DNA of 64,000 bases. Source: Caecitellus pseudoparvulus (taxonomy: Eukaryota; Protista; Bigyra: Bicosoecida). A model generated the notes under the pieces. The model was given only the letters and a program-made list of their open reading frames with translations. It ran no database searches and was not told the DNA's origin. The stretch spans positions 1 through 64,000 of the forward strand of contig CBFFRQ010000046.1 of the NCBI GenBank assembly GCA_965644315.1, written 5' to 3'. Position numbers and translations under genes: made by a program. Positions 22,294 through 33,933 of the stretch are shown here, piece after piece; the first letter of the stretch is position 1; every line of letters begins with the position of its first letter.

Positions 22294-23192
22294 TCACAGG
22301 CGCACGCCCTCCTCTCCCTGTCGGGGCGTGGTGCTGCGGGAGTACTCGGGAAGAAAGTAGAGAAGGTCAAGTTCCGGTGTAGCATGTCCCAGCTGCCTCA
22401 GGGCCGTCGTGACTTGCCCTCGGTGGTGCGTGGCGTGGTTGAACACGTGTGCGAGAATGGGCCCCCTCTCCCGCTGCAGCTCGCTGCCCTTCGTGTCCCT
22501 GTACACAAACTGCTGGGTCAGGTGCCGGGGCTCAAGCCTGCCCAGCAACGCATCCCAGCGATGGCACTGGGCCACCAAAGCCTTCTCCAGTTCCGCGGAG
22601 CACGGCGCCAGAGCAGTCCACTTGCTTGCCTCGGCACCCCACAGAGAGGAGACCTCCGCGTACGTCGTCTCCTGCTTGCCCAGCAAGGGCAGCGACGACA
22701 GGCCCTGCATGCGCATGTACCTGTGAGTCAGGGGAGGGGGTACGGTGGCAGGCAGTGGCACAAAGCCGCTCGTTTAGAATGCTGTGCTCAGGGTCTCCCA
22801 AGACAGAGGCCCTGTGCAGCCGCGTGAGCTCAACCCACCACAGTGCCTCAGCCAGCAAACAGTGCAGCAGCGTTCCATTGATGCTGTCGAAAAACAGCCC
22901 TGCAGAGCAGCAAACGGAAGTGCTAGGGTCTCTGTCGTGTGATGCACTATGGTTTGACCGTTCCAATGGCAGTTGCGCCTGGAGCGCTGCCGAGCACAGC
23001 TGCGTGCAGGCACCGGCGGGGTGCACTTCGCCCCACACCACGCCGCTCACCGCAAGGCTTCACAGCAGCTTGAGGTCCCAGGAGGTGCACGTGCTCAAAA
23101 ACACGGCCATAGGCCCAGTGATTGTAGGCAGACATGCACTTGAGATGGTTGAGCAGGCTCAAGCCTGCACCTATGCCTGCTTTCGCGGCCAT
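22294..23192 (-). CDS. DinB/YfiT-family His-metalloprotein; introns 22900-23050 and 22721-22838
   Basis: Spliced product: YNHWAYGRVF..G|LFFDSINGTLLHCLLAEALW|YMRMQG..ILAHVFNHATHHRGQVTTALRQLG..ELDLLYF, a canonical DinB signature. Confidence 0.9.
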
Positions 23193-23477
23193 TCTTAGCA
23201 ATGCAGCCAAGTGTGTGCGGAAATCGGTTCACAACTCAGGATGTGGGAAGTGCCACATGCGCGCACTTGGGCAAGGGAATCCAGGTCAAGGCAAATTTTT
23301 CCCAACGACCCGTATTATGGTTGATCTTTCTCGTATTTTGTATTGAACGACTTAGGAGGGCGGTACGCTTGGGGCTCAACTGAAGGTGAAGATGCGTCGC
23401 ATCCTGGCTTGCTCGTGATGAAGCCGCGCGTGTCTGGTGGGCGCTTGTCCGCCAAGCCAACGCTGAGCTATCGTGGT

Positions 23478-26400
23478 TCACTTGAGCAGTTGTGTTGCGG
23501 TTCGGCTTGTGCTCCTGCGTCGTCCACCGCCACTTTGGCGTCGCGGACCGGAGCGCTCGTGAGTGGTGGAGGCAGCAGCGGCCGCGGCCAAAGACCTGAG
23601 CATCATTGAGTTGCGTCGGCGATTGTCCTTGACCTTTGTGGCACTGGCCATGGTTTTGCTGGGTGGCCGTTCCTCCGCCCCAGAAGAGCTCCGGGGCCCA
23701 GCAAGGCTGGGCCGCTGCTGGCGACTTTGTACGGCAAACACCCTTCTTGCCGAAGCTTGCCTCGTCAGCCCAGCAACAGCTTCTAGAGGGGCAGCCTTGT
23801 GCTCGGCAGCTTTTCTCGCCAACTTCCCCGCCTTGGCCTGCTTCAAGCTGGGCTGGCGAGTGGGCCTGGCAGCGCTGGGCTGGAACACTGCTGGCGTTCG
23901 CTGCTGAGGTGTTGCCCAGCCCAGGCTGATGCTGACGGAGATCCCTTCCCACAACTGCCAGTGGGGCAACCCCCGACGAACAGCCATGTGGCTTGCTGGC
24001 ATGGGACCAGCCCTCGGGAGTTTGCTGGAGCTTTGCTGTGCCAGAGGTGGGGCAGATGTGGGGGCACTTGCTGGCTCCAGCCTGCTTGGCTTGCCCGCGT
24101 ACAGCTCGTCGTCATCATCGTCCGAGGTTTCTGGGGATTGATGAGGCGGGGTCGCGCGGTTTTCAGGGGCGTCTTTCGCTTTTGAAGCTCCATGCTTGCT
24201 GCCTGCAGCATCTTTCAGCATGGGGTTGGAGTGCGTCCTGCTGATGAGCAGAGCGCCGGAGGAGGTGGACACTGTGGGTCTGCGAGGAGCGTCCGCACTT
24301 TGAGAGCTGCTACCACCCGCCGGCTGACGCGTGCACCGTGAACAACAGTCCTTGAGCAGTTCGTTGCCGATGAACTCCTCGTCATCGTTAAGCGCGGCTG
24401 ATTGTGCAGAGCTCTGCAGGTACACGATGCGCTTCTTCTTCTTGGGTTTGGTGCGCAGGCAACCACAGCGCCTGCCGATGACTCGCAGCCAGTCACCCAA
24501 TGATGGTGGAGCAGCGTCGACGTAAAGAATTTCCTCCATGTCTTTAGGGCGCACGTACTCCTCGTCGAGCTCGGGGAACTGCTCGCGCAGCCACTTGTTC
24601 ACCTTGGCAATCTTCGTCCGAACGGACTTCGACGCAGCTCTCAGCCAGACTGTGAGCAGGGACAGCATGAGCAGCGTGTTCATGCTGACAATCACCAGCG
24701 CAAGGCCGAGGGAAGGCGGGAACAACAGCAGAGCCAAGGCAGTCATCAGCAGCATGAAATGGCTTTGCATGTCGGCCGTGTTCAGCTCAGGCAGCGAGTA
24801 TGGCTTCAGGGTGAAGAGCAGCATGATCGTGACGAAAACGACCAGCACCAGCGTCACCATGCGGAAAGTCACATCCCACATCAAGTACACAGTGGCAAGG
24901 AAGGCAAAGCGCTCCCACAGGCGCACCACCTCAAACCAAGCCGTGATGCGTCTGTATGCGCCTGTGAGGTAGGCCAGGGAAAACCCGAGCATGCTGTGCG
25001 ACGAGACATGTGCCCTGCAACGAATGAGGACGACGACAAGCAGGATGGGAACGAGCACGACATTCAGTGCGACGGCACCGGCGGCGACTCCTGTCGATAG
25101 CAATAGCTCTGGCTCGTCAGCATGGTGGCGGAAGGCTGTCACAGACATGCGCCGGTGCGAGCCGATCTGCTCGGTGCGCGCCAACAGCTGCAGCGCAGCG
25201 GTGGTCGCCATGCCCCACACGGAAAAGTACACCACAGCACTGGCCACTGCCATGCCCAGAAGCAAGTTCATCCGGTTCCGCGATGCAGGCGGCAGATCTT
25301 GTAGCACCCGCTGCATGGACCTGCCCGCTGCAGCAAGGGAAGCGCGGCGCTTGCCGACAGCGGCAGAGGCTGCTGACAAGCTTGGCTTGGCGCGGGCTAC
25401 ACTCGTCGCGCCGATCCAGACGGCGACGAAGAAGACCGTCAGTATCACCACACTCAGCGCAACTTGGCCCACCTGGAACCAGTGGGCGGGGATGTTGACC
25501 AAGCACTGGCTTGCGGGACTGCTCAGCACTGCCGACGCGCCGACAACCTCACCGACTGCCGCTGAAGCACGCTGCATGCTCTTCAGAATACTGTACGGTT
25601 CGAGGGAAGCGGACTGTGCAAGTGGGTGGCTTGAAACAGGGTCAAAGCCGCTCACGGCTGGTGCAGACGTGTCAGCAGTCGCATTCAGGGACGTAGCTTG
25701 CGCGCGGCAGACGTCTGCCCACTGGTTCGCCGAGATGGCCATGCTGGTCGTGTCTGTAGGGATGTCTCGAGTGGACAACGTCACAACTAGCAGAATGAAC
25801 AGCAGGGACAGGTACTGGATGATGATGCGATTGATGCCGCTGAGCAGGTCAACGTTAATTTTGCCTGCTTGCTTGTACGAGCGGAACGATGTGAAGAGCA
25901 AGAAGGCAACCAGTGCCCCCACAGACAGGAGTGGGAATATCCAGGTCAGGGCGTTGCCGCTTGGACACCGCTGACACATGCTGCAGGCATCTGTCGCTGT
26001 CCAGCCATGCTCACAAGCTGCACACAGCGCCCCGCCATGGCCTGGCGCACACGTCAGGCGGGCTGGGCCGGTCTGCGCTACCAAGCACGAGCCTGGTCGC
26101 GGGCACCTCCATAGCTTTGCAGCTGTGTCCTTTTCGCGGAGGATCGCGTTGCCCTGGAGGCAGCTCTCACACCACATGCCAGCTTGGCGATACTCCTGCA
26201 CTTGGCCATCAAAGGAGCAGCGAGCAACAGTCGTGCACGCCTTGCTTCTGGAGCCCAATAGTGCACTTGATGCTGATGGCGTCGGTGTGCTTTGCGAAGA
26301 GGAGGAGGTGGAGGGAGTACTCCCGGGAGTACGGGATACTGAAGGAGTCCCGGTGGAACTAGCCGTGTGAGACGGAGTTTCGGAGGCAGTTGGGGAGGAG

Positions 26401-28610
26401 GATGCGGTGTTGCTGGGTGTGACAGTAGATGTGGCGGTGTTGGACGCCGTCGTAGAGGGTGAGGGGCTGTGGCTGGGAGTTGCACTGGAGGAGGGCGACA
26501 CGGAAGGCGTGGCGGAAGCAGAGGGTGACATGGTTGGAGTGGCAGATGGGCGGGAGGACTCAGATGGTGTCGAGCTTGAACTAGCTGTGACTGAACTTGT
26601 AGCACTGGAGCTTGCTGTTACTGTGGGTGAGGCACTAGCGCTGGTAGTTGTGGAGGGCGTGGAGCTTGAGCTTGCTGTCGCGGATGTTGTGGCACTTTGG
26701 GAGGCAGTCGCGGAAGCAGTTCCTGAGTGTGTGGGCGACGCACTGGTTGTCGTGGAGGCAGTGGCTGATGCTGAGGTAGTCGGGGTCGGTGTGAAGGACG
26801 TGCTCGCCGTTGGAGAGGCAGTAGCAGTAGGAGACGGGCTTGGGTTCAACAGCCGCAGCCGGGTCGTGAGCCCAGAGGAGTCGTCGTGCAGGAGGAGAGA
26901 GAGATCGTCAAACGCGCGAAGTTTTGAACCCTCTAGGTCCAAGGAATGGATAGCTGGCCCAAAATTCACTCCGCCTACGCACGCCGCCGACGAGTTGCCA
27001 GTGGCTATCCCAGGACATGCCGGCCACATGCCAACGCTGGACAAGTGGACCAGGCGCAGCGTGCGCCCGCCTGAAGCTGAGAGAGTCTGCAGAACCAGCC
27101 ATCCATCACCAGTTGTGTGCATGGTGAGTATGTCGGAGATATTTGTGGAGTCTGTCGGCAGCTTCAAGTTCGAGGGGTGCAGAGTTCCGTGCCAGCCTGC
27201 TGTGCCAGGTTCCGTCCAATTGCGCCAACGGATGCAGCAGTGTTGAGACTCCCCGCATCGATCCTCGACAAGAAGCGCTGATTGAACCGGTTCGAGAGAC
27301 CACGAAGTCGTGTTGATCAGGCTTTGGAAGGGAGCCGCGAGTGGGTTGAACTTGGCGCTGCGGTGTGGAGTGGCTGTCGTGGCTGACCACAGCAGCGTTC
27401 CCGAGCCTCCCTGCCAACACGACACTGCGGAGCGTTGCTGGGAGGAAGCAAGCATGCAGATCTTATCTGGGGTGACAGCGGCTATCGGGCATGACTGCAC
27501 CCCGCCTGGTTCAGCGTCCAGGTGGGAAGCTCGACGGAAGCCCAAGCCGCCGTCCGGGAAGATGGAAGCAACAGTGCCAATGTTTCCGGGAGAAGGATGC
27601 CATGAGGCCAGCCATGATGACGAGGTGTCCTCTGGTACAAATGAGTGGGGGCAAAGGCCCTGTGTGTCGATCGCTGACTGAGTGAAGGACTTCATGGGCG
27701 CCAAGCTCTCCAGCTCCCTCAGGGTGATGGCTCCAGGCAATGGACCAGCTTGAATGACTGTAGAGCCCGGTGCATCGTGGAAGATCGTCGTATTGATGGG
27801 TTCTGGTGGACTTGAAGAAAGGATTTGCGGGCTCGGCCACACCTCCAGGCTGAGCAACCAAGTGTGTGTTGCGTTGCGCACGGTGACGCCCGCAACCCAG
27901 CGATCCGTGCATAGCACAGCCACCATAGCGTTCTCTATGCAGCGAACCCATCCTAGTTCAACTTGACTGGCAGGTGGCAAAGATGTCTGCAGGGCAACCG
28001 CCTCATCCACGAACACCACAACTTGAGGAGAGAGTGAGCCGGGCCTGCTTCCGTACAACAACACGGCCCCGCCACGGGCAGCATCGAGCAGCTGCGGGTG
28101 ATCAGAAGCACCTAATTGGTCTGTGGCATTGAAGTTTTCAATACCCACCAGGCGAGGCAGTCTCAGCATGTACCGCCCTTCGTCTTGCAGGTGGATGCCA
28201 GTCCCGTCATGCACGGCCAGGGACAGGGGCGCTGACAGCAGCACAAGAGCAATGCCGAACACAGGAAGCAAGCAATGCGAGGTGGAAATGCCCCTGCCAG
28301 AGCTTTTGGTGCTGCTGCGCAATCGCAGGGTTGGTTTTGTGGGTTGCCCTGGGCATGTGACGGGCAATTCCCGCAACCCAGGGCAAGCATCGTGAAACCT
28401 GTCCTGTCCCCCAAGTGCCGAGCAACCAGCCGCATCTCGCACAGGCAAGGCACCCGACGTGTACAGAGGAGGCGACTGTTGCCGTCTTTTTCTTGCCTCT
28501 GGTGAGCATGCTGCTGCGCAGGACGTGAAACTGTAATCTGAAACTTTCCCGGCTGCGTTTTGACTGCCACACTCCGCCGCCATGTTCGCTGCGCGGAAAC
28601 CAGACGGCAT
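23478..28610 (-). CDS. Large intronless cell-surface protein: ectodomain, Ser/Thr/Pro stalk, Cys-rich segment, multi-TM region, basic cytoplasmic tail
   Basis: 1710-aa ORF; hydrophobic LLPVFGIALVLLSAPLSLA; S/T stalk ~26265-26845; CAPGHGGALCAAC..CQRCP; roughly 9-10 hydrophobic segments with GAYR..AWFEVV and LKPY motifs. Confidence 0.8.
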   Translation of the reverse strand: MPSGFRAANMAAECGSQNAAGKVSDYSFTSCAAACSPEARKRRQQSPPLYTSGALPVRDAAGCSALGGQDRFHDACPGLRELPVTCPGQPTKPTLRLRSSTKSSGRGISTSHCLLPVFGIALVLLSAPLSLAVHDGTGIHLQDEGRYMLRLPRLVGIENFNATDQLGASDHPQLLDAARGGAVLLYGSRPGSLSPQVVVFVDEAVALQTSLPPASQVELGWVRCIENAMVAVLCTDRWVAGVTVRNATHTWLLSLEVWPSPQILSSSPPEPINTTIFHDAPGSTVIQAGPLPGAITLRELESLAPMKSFTQSAIDTQGLCPHSFVPEDTSSSWLASWHPSPGNIGTVASIFPDGGLGFRRASHLDAEPGGVQSCPIAAVTPDKICMLASSQQRSAVSCWQGGSGTLLWSATTATPHRSAKFNPLAAPFQSLINTTSWSLEPVQSALLVEDRCGESQHCCIRWRNWTEPGTAGWHGTLHPSNLKLPTDSTNISDILTMHTTGDGWLVLQTLSASGGRTLRLVHLSSVGMWPACPGIATGNSSAACVGGVNFGPAIHSLDLEGSKLRAFDDLSLLLHDDSSGLTTRLRLLNPSPSPTATASPTASTSFTPTPTTSASATASTTTSASPTHSGTASATASQSATTSATASSSSTPSTTTSASASPTVTASSSATSSVTASSSSTPSESSRPSATPTMSPSASATPSVSPSSSATPSHSPSPSTTASNTATSTVTPSNTASSSPTASETPSHTASSTGTPSVSRTPGSTPSTSSSSQSTPTPSASSALLGSRSKACTTVARCSFDGQVQEYRQAGMWCESCLQGNAILREKDTAAKLWRCPRPGSCLVAQTGPARLTCAPGHGGALCAACEHGWTATDACSMCQRCPSGNALTWIFPLLSVGALVAFLLFTSFRSYKQAGKINVDLLSGINRIIIQYLSLLFILLVVTLSTRDIPTDTTSMAISANQWADVCRAQATSLNATADTSAPAVSGFDPVSSHPLAQSASLEPYSILKSMQRASAAVGEVVGASAVLSSPASQCLVNIPAHWFQVGQVALSVVILTVFFVAVWIGATSVARAKPSLSAASAAVGKRRASLAAAGRSMQRVLQDLPPASRNRMNLLLGMAVASAVVYFSVWGMATTAALQLLARTEQIGSHRRMSVTAFRHHADEPELLLSTGVAAGAVALNVVLVPILLVVVLIRCRAHVSSHSMLGFSLAYLTGAYRRITAWFEVVRLWERFAFLATVYLMWDVTFRMVTLVLVVFVTIMLLFTLKPYSLPELNTADMQSHFMLLMTALALLLFPPSLGLALVIVSMNTLLMLSLLTVWLRAASKSVRTKIAKVNKWLREQFPELDEEYVRPKDMEEILYVDAAPPSLGDWLRVIGRRCGCLRTKPKKKKRIVYLQSSAQSAALNDDEEFIGNELLKDCCSRCTRQPAGGSSSQSADAPRRPTVSTSSGALLISRTHSNPMLKDAAGSKHGASKAKDAPENRATPPHQSPETSDDDDDELYAGKPSRLEPASAPTSAPPLAQQSSSKLPRAGPMPASHMAVRRGLPHWQLWEGISVSISLGWATPQQRTPAVFQPSAARPTRQPSLKQAKAGKLARKAAEHKAAPLEAVAGLTRQASARRVFAVQSRQQRPSLAGPRSSSGAEERPPSKTMASATKVKDNRRRNSMMLRSLAAAAAASTTHERSGPRRQSGGGRRRSTSRTATQLLK

Positions 28611-29227
28611 GCACGGGCACGTGCTTCGTCAACGTCCAAGGCAAAGCAAGGGATAGGCGCGTGGAACGCGTGTCTTCCTCAGCAGCGCAGTGTCACGTTC
28701 GGGGGTGCGCCGATGCATGCAACGCCACCCGGCGCAGGTCACCTGCAGCTCTCTCAGGTGCTTGTTTTCTGCAGTCGACCGATGTTTTCGAGGCGAAAGC
28801 GTGGCTTGCTGAGATGATCAGGGTCTTTACATTGTCTCGTTCATTTGCAAGAGCTCTGCGAACTTGCCAGCAGTGCAGATGTGAACTTTTCTGGACCTGC
28901 AGCGGGTCTTTTTGTGGATCAGATGAGATGAAAGTAAGCGCCAACCTATCCTACACTGCAATATCCTTCGTTCGTTACAACTGGCAAAGTCTTTTTACCA
29001 AAACGCCACCCCCCACTGAAAGAGCGCCCCATCACAGTACTTCACCAATTGACATTTGCGCGGTTTACTCAGCAAGAGGGAAGCACAGGCTCCAGTTCAG
29101 GAGGGCAGCAAGTCGAAGCTCACTCAAATTCCGCAGACAGACTCCGCAACGACTTCAATGCACGGCGCGATGGGTGGGGACACTGCGAGGTAAGCAGTGC
29201 ACCTTTGCAGCTGAGTAGCTATAGCAG

Positions 29228-31431
29228 ATGCTCAAGCAACGCTGGAGCTTGTACTGCGCAGGCTGTCGCTTTGGCTGGCTGCCGCAGCGTGGTTTTTGTG
29301 CCTTCCTTTCGTGACGGTGAGCACCGGGGAGCTGAAGCCTAGAGGACTGTTTGTCTCGGAAACTGCCATCCAGAAGGGTCTAGTCGGCGGTCTCGTTTCT
29401 AAAAGTAGCTATAATCGGGCCGTAGAGCACGCCCTGAGCTTCTACACGGATTCCGCCGTGCAGGGTGGAGACAGCCTCGGCTGGTTCGCTGAGCATGCAT
29501 GCGGCGGCCCGCGGCAGTGCTCCGTGTTTACCCAAGCAGGCACCGGCGCTGCAAGCGATGCGGTGCTTGTGTACCTTCCCGGCATGCAGTCGAACTCCAT
29601 CTCTGCAAGCAACGTTCTGGTGAGCAGCGTCCCGGGGGCGAGCGCGGATGCTGCGGCGTGTGCGGACTTGTGGTTTCCGGCGCCGCTTCGACAGACAGCT
29701 TCAACCGCCCACGCCTGCATTCGGGCACCCCACGGGGCATTTCACCTCCTGGCCATGCTCCCTGTGTTGGGAGAGTCCCCCTGGCGGGCGGCTGGCGTCG
29801 GTCTGCTGCTCCTTCCGCCTGGCGTTGAGCAGGAGTGGCTGGGGTGCCTCACCACACCCAGCGTGGACCTCCAGCGTGGTCTGGTATGCCTGCAAGCCTA
29901 CAACACTGCCATGGTTCGGTCTGGTTTGTCGCAGTCAGGAAGTGTGGCTCGCTCTGCAGCAGACTGGGTCGTGGGCACTGCCAGCGCGGGGAGGGAACCC
30001 TCTGCCCCGCAGGTGGGCCGCGTGCAGTCCGTGCTGCACCTGCGCTGGCCCAGTGCAAGCACTATACAGCGCTCTGTCGTGCTGGAGGTGGAGGGTCCAG
30101 GGGGTCTGGTCCCTGACCTGGATGTCCCCTCAGCCTTGACGCACCTCGCCCAGGCACAGGGATTGCGTGTGCGCCAGCAGCCGGAGGAAGGTGTGCAGCA
30201 ATGGGCAGAGCAGGTTGGATTATCTGATGCAGGTATGACGTGGGACGCTCTGCACAGCGTGGAAGTAGTGGGCACGTCTCTTGCACGTGCTGTGGGGACT
30301 TCGCTCGCGGCGGACTGGTTGAGGCAGATCGCACACGGCTGGTTTGAGGTCAGCCTCGCCTGCGGGGCCCATGGGGGCTCTGGGTCTGGTTTGCATGGCG
30401 CCTTTCTTGAGTTGAATGTGCCTGCGGTGACCATCGCTGTGTCCCAGAAGGGGTGGGCCGTGCCCGGTGACAACGCCCGAACAGCCTGCTCGCTCTCCCG
30501 AACAGCTTCTGCGCCATGGTGCGATGGTCTTCAGATGAAGGGCAATGCTTCGTCACGGGGGCACACCCAGCGGCTGCCTGCGCTCAAAGTGCTGCGTGTC
30601 ATCGAGCACTGGCTGCGGACTGCGGCGGTGGTGGAGGAGCGCTTCCACGCCGGGGCAAGGCTGTACATTTCGTGGGGCGCTAGCTTTGTCAATGATGGCG
30701 AGTACGCGCTGGTATTTGCTCTCTTGCTGGTAGTGTCAGGGTGGCGCGTGTGCACGGCTGGCAGCAGCGCCATCGAGCTGGTGCGTGGACTGCCCCTGGC
30801 GGCGACCTTGCTTGCGTGGGGCGTGCTCGCTGCAGCACTGCCACTTGCAGCTCTTCCCACCGCCGTGATGCATGCATTGGATGGGTCTGGTGTGCGAATT
30901 TCGTGCGTCCTGCAGTGCGGCTGGCTCTTGCTGGGCACGCTGCTCGCGGCGGTTGCTGGTGGTGCCCCTCGCATCCCGCAGCACACCCGCGCGGGAGAAC
31001 TTCCCGCTGACCAGTGGAAGGAGACTTCCCCACACGAACGACTTCAGCGCATGGAGAAAAAGCAGGGGCACCTCGAGCCCGCACCGCACAAGGTGCTCCT
31101 GTGTGCCGTGAGTGTCTTGGTCTTGGCGGGCCACGGCGTCGTGGCGATGGCACCCGCCTTGCCTGTTTGGCTTGCTCTTGCGCCAGCGCACGTCTCGCTA
31201 CTTTCCAAGCAAAGGGGCTTGTGGCGCACTTTTGCACTGTCTCTGTCATGTGCACTGAGCGTGGGAGTTACGGCCATAGCGGGGGCGTTTGCGGCTTCCT
31301 TCGCGCAGCTGCCGGGCGGCGACGTGCAAGGCCACCGCATCGGCTTCTGCCTGCTCCACGGGCTCGCAGTCTTTCCGATCTGGATGGTGGCAGGAGCAGA
31401 CGCAGTCAGCAGCCTGACACACCCGACGTAG
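29228..31431 (+). CDS. GPAA1: GPI transamidase subunit GAA1/GPAA1; 5' end uncertain
   Basis: LFVSETAI (cf. YISENAL), GLVPDLD (GQLPNLD), GLHGAFL..PAVTI (GPHGLFL..ALTL), EERFHAGARLY (LERLHQSFFLY), FVNDGEY (FVSIGLY), followed by several TM helices. Confidence 0.82.
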
Positions 31432-31441
31432 TTTCCCCTCC

Positions 31442-33571
31442 TCACAGCTTGCCCCCGTGCGCCTCCAGCAAGGCCAGCATGGCGGGGGCGGCGGGGGACC
31501 GGTGGGCCATGAGCATTTCGTCCCTGCCCACGTGCACCCGGCCAGTTGCCAGCAGCGCCTCTGCAATGCTGACGTGCCCGCCGTGCATGGCGTTGAAGAG
31601 GGACTGGTTTGCAACGGCGGCCGGGTCAGCGCCGTGTGCCACGAGGATGTCCACCACTTGCGAGTGGCCGCGCTTGCATGCTTCGCGCAGTGCAGCGCTC
31701 TTGCGGATATCTGCAGGCACTACTGGCAGGTCAGCAGTGTTCAGCAGTGCCTGCACGAGGGCAGGGTCTGCCACCTCGCTGTCCGCGACAGCCTGGTCTT
31801 GGGGAGTCATGGGCCGCATAGGCATGGGGGAGTGTGGCTTGAGCCAACGCGCCACACGCTGCTCCGCGCTGCATGCTGCCACGCCGGCAGAGGGACTCGC
31901 ATCGAGTGCCCCCATGAGCAGCTGAAGCGTGTCTGTGTGTGCGTACGTGGCTGCTCCCAGCAGCGCAGCCCCATCCTGCACACACGGGTCTGCTCCGTGT
32001 TGCAGCAGCAGTACACATGCTGCGGTGTGCCCCTTCCTTGCCGCATCTGCGATGACGGTGGGGTCCCTGTCGCTGGGGTTTATGCCGTAGTGCGCCATGA
32101 GTTCCCACAGCACTGCGATCTGGCCTTGCCGTGCCGCTGCACAGGCCGCCTCCGCCAGCGTGTCGGCCTGGTGTTCCGCTGCGCCGCGGCTGAGGAACTC
32201 GCGCAGGACCACGGCAAAGCCGAACTCCGCGGCGCGCACGATGCCCCCTGCAATGTTGCCATCTGTCCATGCTTCCACCACCGCTTGGGGGTTCTCTTCC
32301 CCCACCACTCCCGCATCCAGGAGCTGTCCCACCACCGCGTCACTTCCCACGCCAGCAGCGCTAGGAATGCAGGCTCTGGCGCTGGCTGCACACTGCCGGC
32401 AGTGTGGCAGGGCGCCAGCGGGAGGCCAGTGGTCAATGCCCTGCACACGGTCACACTGGGCATGTTTTGGGAAGCTGATGAGGGCTGGGGTCACTGCTGC
32501 GCAGCCAGTGGCGGCTGCGACTTGCAGCGCTCGATGTGCTTGCCACGTGACTTCTGCCCACGTCAGCTCGCCTGGCTGCTGCCCAGAGGCGATTCGGACG
32601 CCGTGCGCGAGCATGACGCTCACTGCGCGGGCGGCATTGCTCTCTGCAGCGCCGTGCAGCGCTTCGCCCCACTCTGCAGGCGACTGCCCGATGCCGATGT
32701 CCAGCAGCACCTGCACGATGTCTGCGTGGTCGGCGTTGCAAGCGACATTCAAGGTGACAGCGCCAAGGTGCCCGGGGCTGGCATTCAGGGACGCAAGGAG
32801 TTTCACGATGGCCACGTTCCCCGCCTTCGCAGCTCTCCACAGCAGCTCAGGGTTGCGCCGTGCCACGTTCAGCCCGTGCTGCAGCAGCGTGTGCAGGGCG
32901 GCTTCGTTGCCTGCGGAGATGGCGGCGCGGCCTCCGAGGTTCAGCACCTTGCGGAAGTTGTAGCAGTACCGGGGCGTGTCCTCTGAAGGATCAGCTGGGC
33001 GCAGCACTGGGGGAGGGGGTGGTGTGCGTGGGCCCACGAGGTCGACAATGTCCGGGTTGGCTGGACTTGGCACCCGCAGTGCCTCCCGCAAGTGCAGCTT
33101 GGCGCTGGAGGCGTGTAGGATGGGGGACAGCCACGCTTCATGGGTACCTGATGAACTGCCAGCGAGGATGGGGACAGCGAAATGCGGGTTACGCATCAGC
33201 GGCACGTGCGACCAGCTCAGCGGCACGCTGGACGGCACGAACTCCAGCAGCAGGCGCAGCAGGCCAGGGTCAGCGGCGGCAAGGTCTTGCAGGAGATGAA
33301 CAACATCAATGCAGCTGGTCACTGCGCCTGCCTCCTGCTCGGCACCCGTTGGCTGCTGCCCAGTGGCCTGCGCTTCACCTGACGCCGCTGCAACGCAGCT
33401 GGCAGGCGGCGCAGCAGCTTGTGGCGCACTGCCTTGCGCGTGCAGGAAGCCTGCCGCTTCCTCTCGTGCGTGTTTGCCTTCAGAGGTGACAGGTGGGGAA
33501 GAATGTCCCGCTTGGGCGGCGCCATGCCCTAGCTGTGGGCGGCAAGGCGTGCAGGTCTGCGCCGTTGCCAT
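31442..33571 (-). CDS. Ankyrin-repeat protein
   Basis: Repeats AAKAGNVAIVKLL, AARQGQIAVLWEL, AARKGHTAACVLLLQHGADP, ACKRGHSQVVDILVAHGADP, AMHGGHVSIAEALL. Confidence 0.85.
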   Translation of the reverse strand: MATAQTCTPCRPQLGHGAAQAGHSSPPVTSEGKHAREEAAGFLHAQGSAPQAAAPPASCVAAASGEAQATGQQPTGAEQEAGAVTSCIDVVHLLQDLAAADPGLLRLLLEFVPSSVPLSWSHVPLMRNPHFAVPILAGSSSGTHEAWLSPILHASSAKLHLREALRVPSPANPDIVDLVGPRTPPPPPVLRPADPSEDTPRYCYNFRKVLNLGGRAAISAGNEAALHTLLQHGLNVARRNPELLWRAAKAGNVAIVKLLASLNASPGHLGAVTLNVACNADHADIVQVLLDIGIGQSPAEWGEALHGAAESNAARAVSVMLAHGVRIASGQQPGELTWAEVTWQAHRALQVAAATGCAAVTPALISFPKHAQCDRVQGIDHWPPAGALPHCRQCAASARACIPSAAGVGSDAVVGQLLDAGVVGEENPQAVVEAWTDGNIAGGIVRAAEFGFAVVLREFLSRGAAEHQADTLAEAACAAARQGQIAVLWELMAHYGINPSDRDPTVIADAARKGHTAACVLLLQHGADPCVQDGAALLGAATYAHTDTLQLLMGALDASPSAGVAACSAEQRVARWLKPHSPMPMRPMTPQDQAVADSEVADPALVQALLNTADLPVVPADIRKSAALREACKRGHSQVVDILVAHGADPAAVANQSLFNAMHGGHVSIAEALLATGRVHVGRDEMLMAHRSPAAPAMLALLEAHGGKL

Positions 33572-33933
33572 GCCAAGAAATGTCGGCGACTGCCGCCGAA
33601 GTCACGGAGCGTGTGCTGAGGACGGGGAGCTGGAGGTGGTGCTAAGGGATTTCGGCATGAGGCGTTGGAGGTCTATGCAATTTTGTGTGTCGCCCGTCCT
33701 GTTTGCGTGTGTGCAGCTTGATGTGGTTTTCTGGGCGCCAATGCTCAGGAAGCCACCACCAGGTAGGTGACACCCCCCCTCAACACCCCTCGGGGCCGTC
33801 CAGCGTTCAGGGAGCCCAGGCAGCGGCCAATGAACAGTGCACAGACAGTGCATGTGTGCGTTGGTGATGCGCACCGCGTTTCGCGCGCGCCGTGCGCTTT
33901 TCTTTGAGCTGCACGCCCCATCATGAGCTGGGC

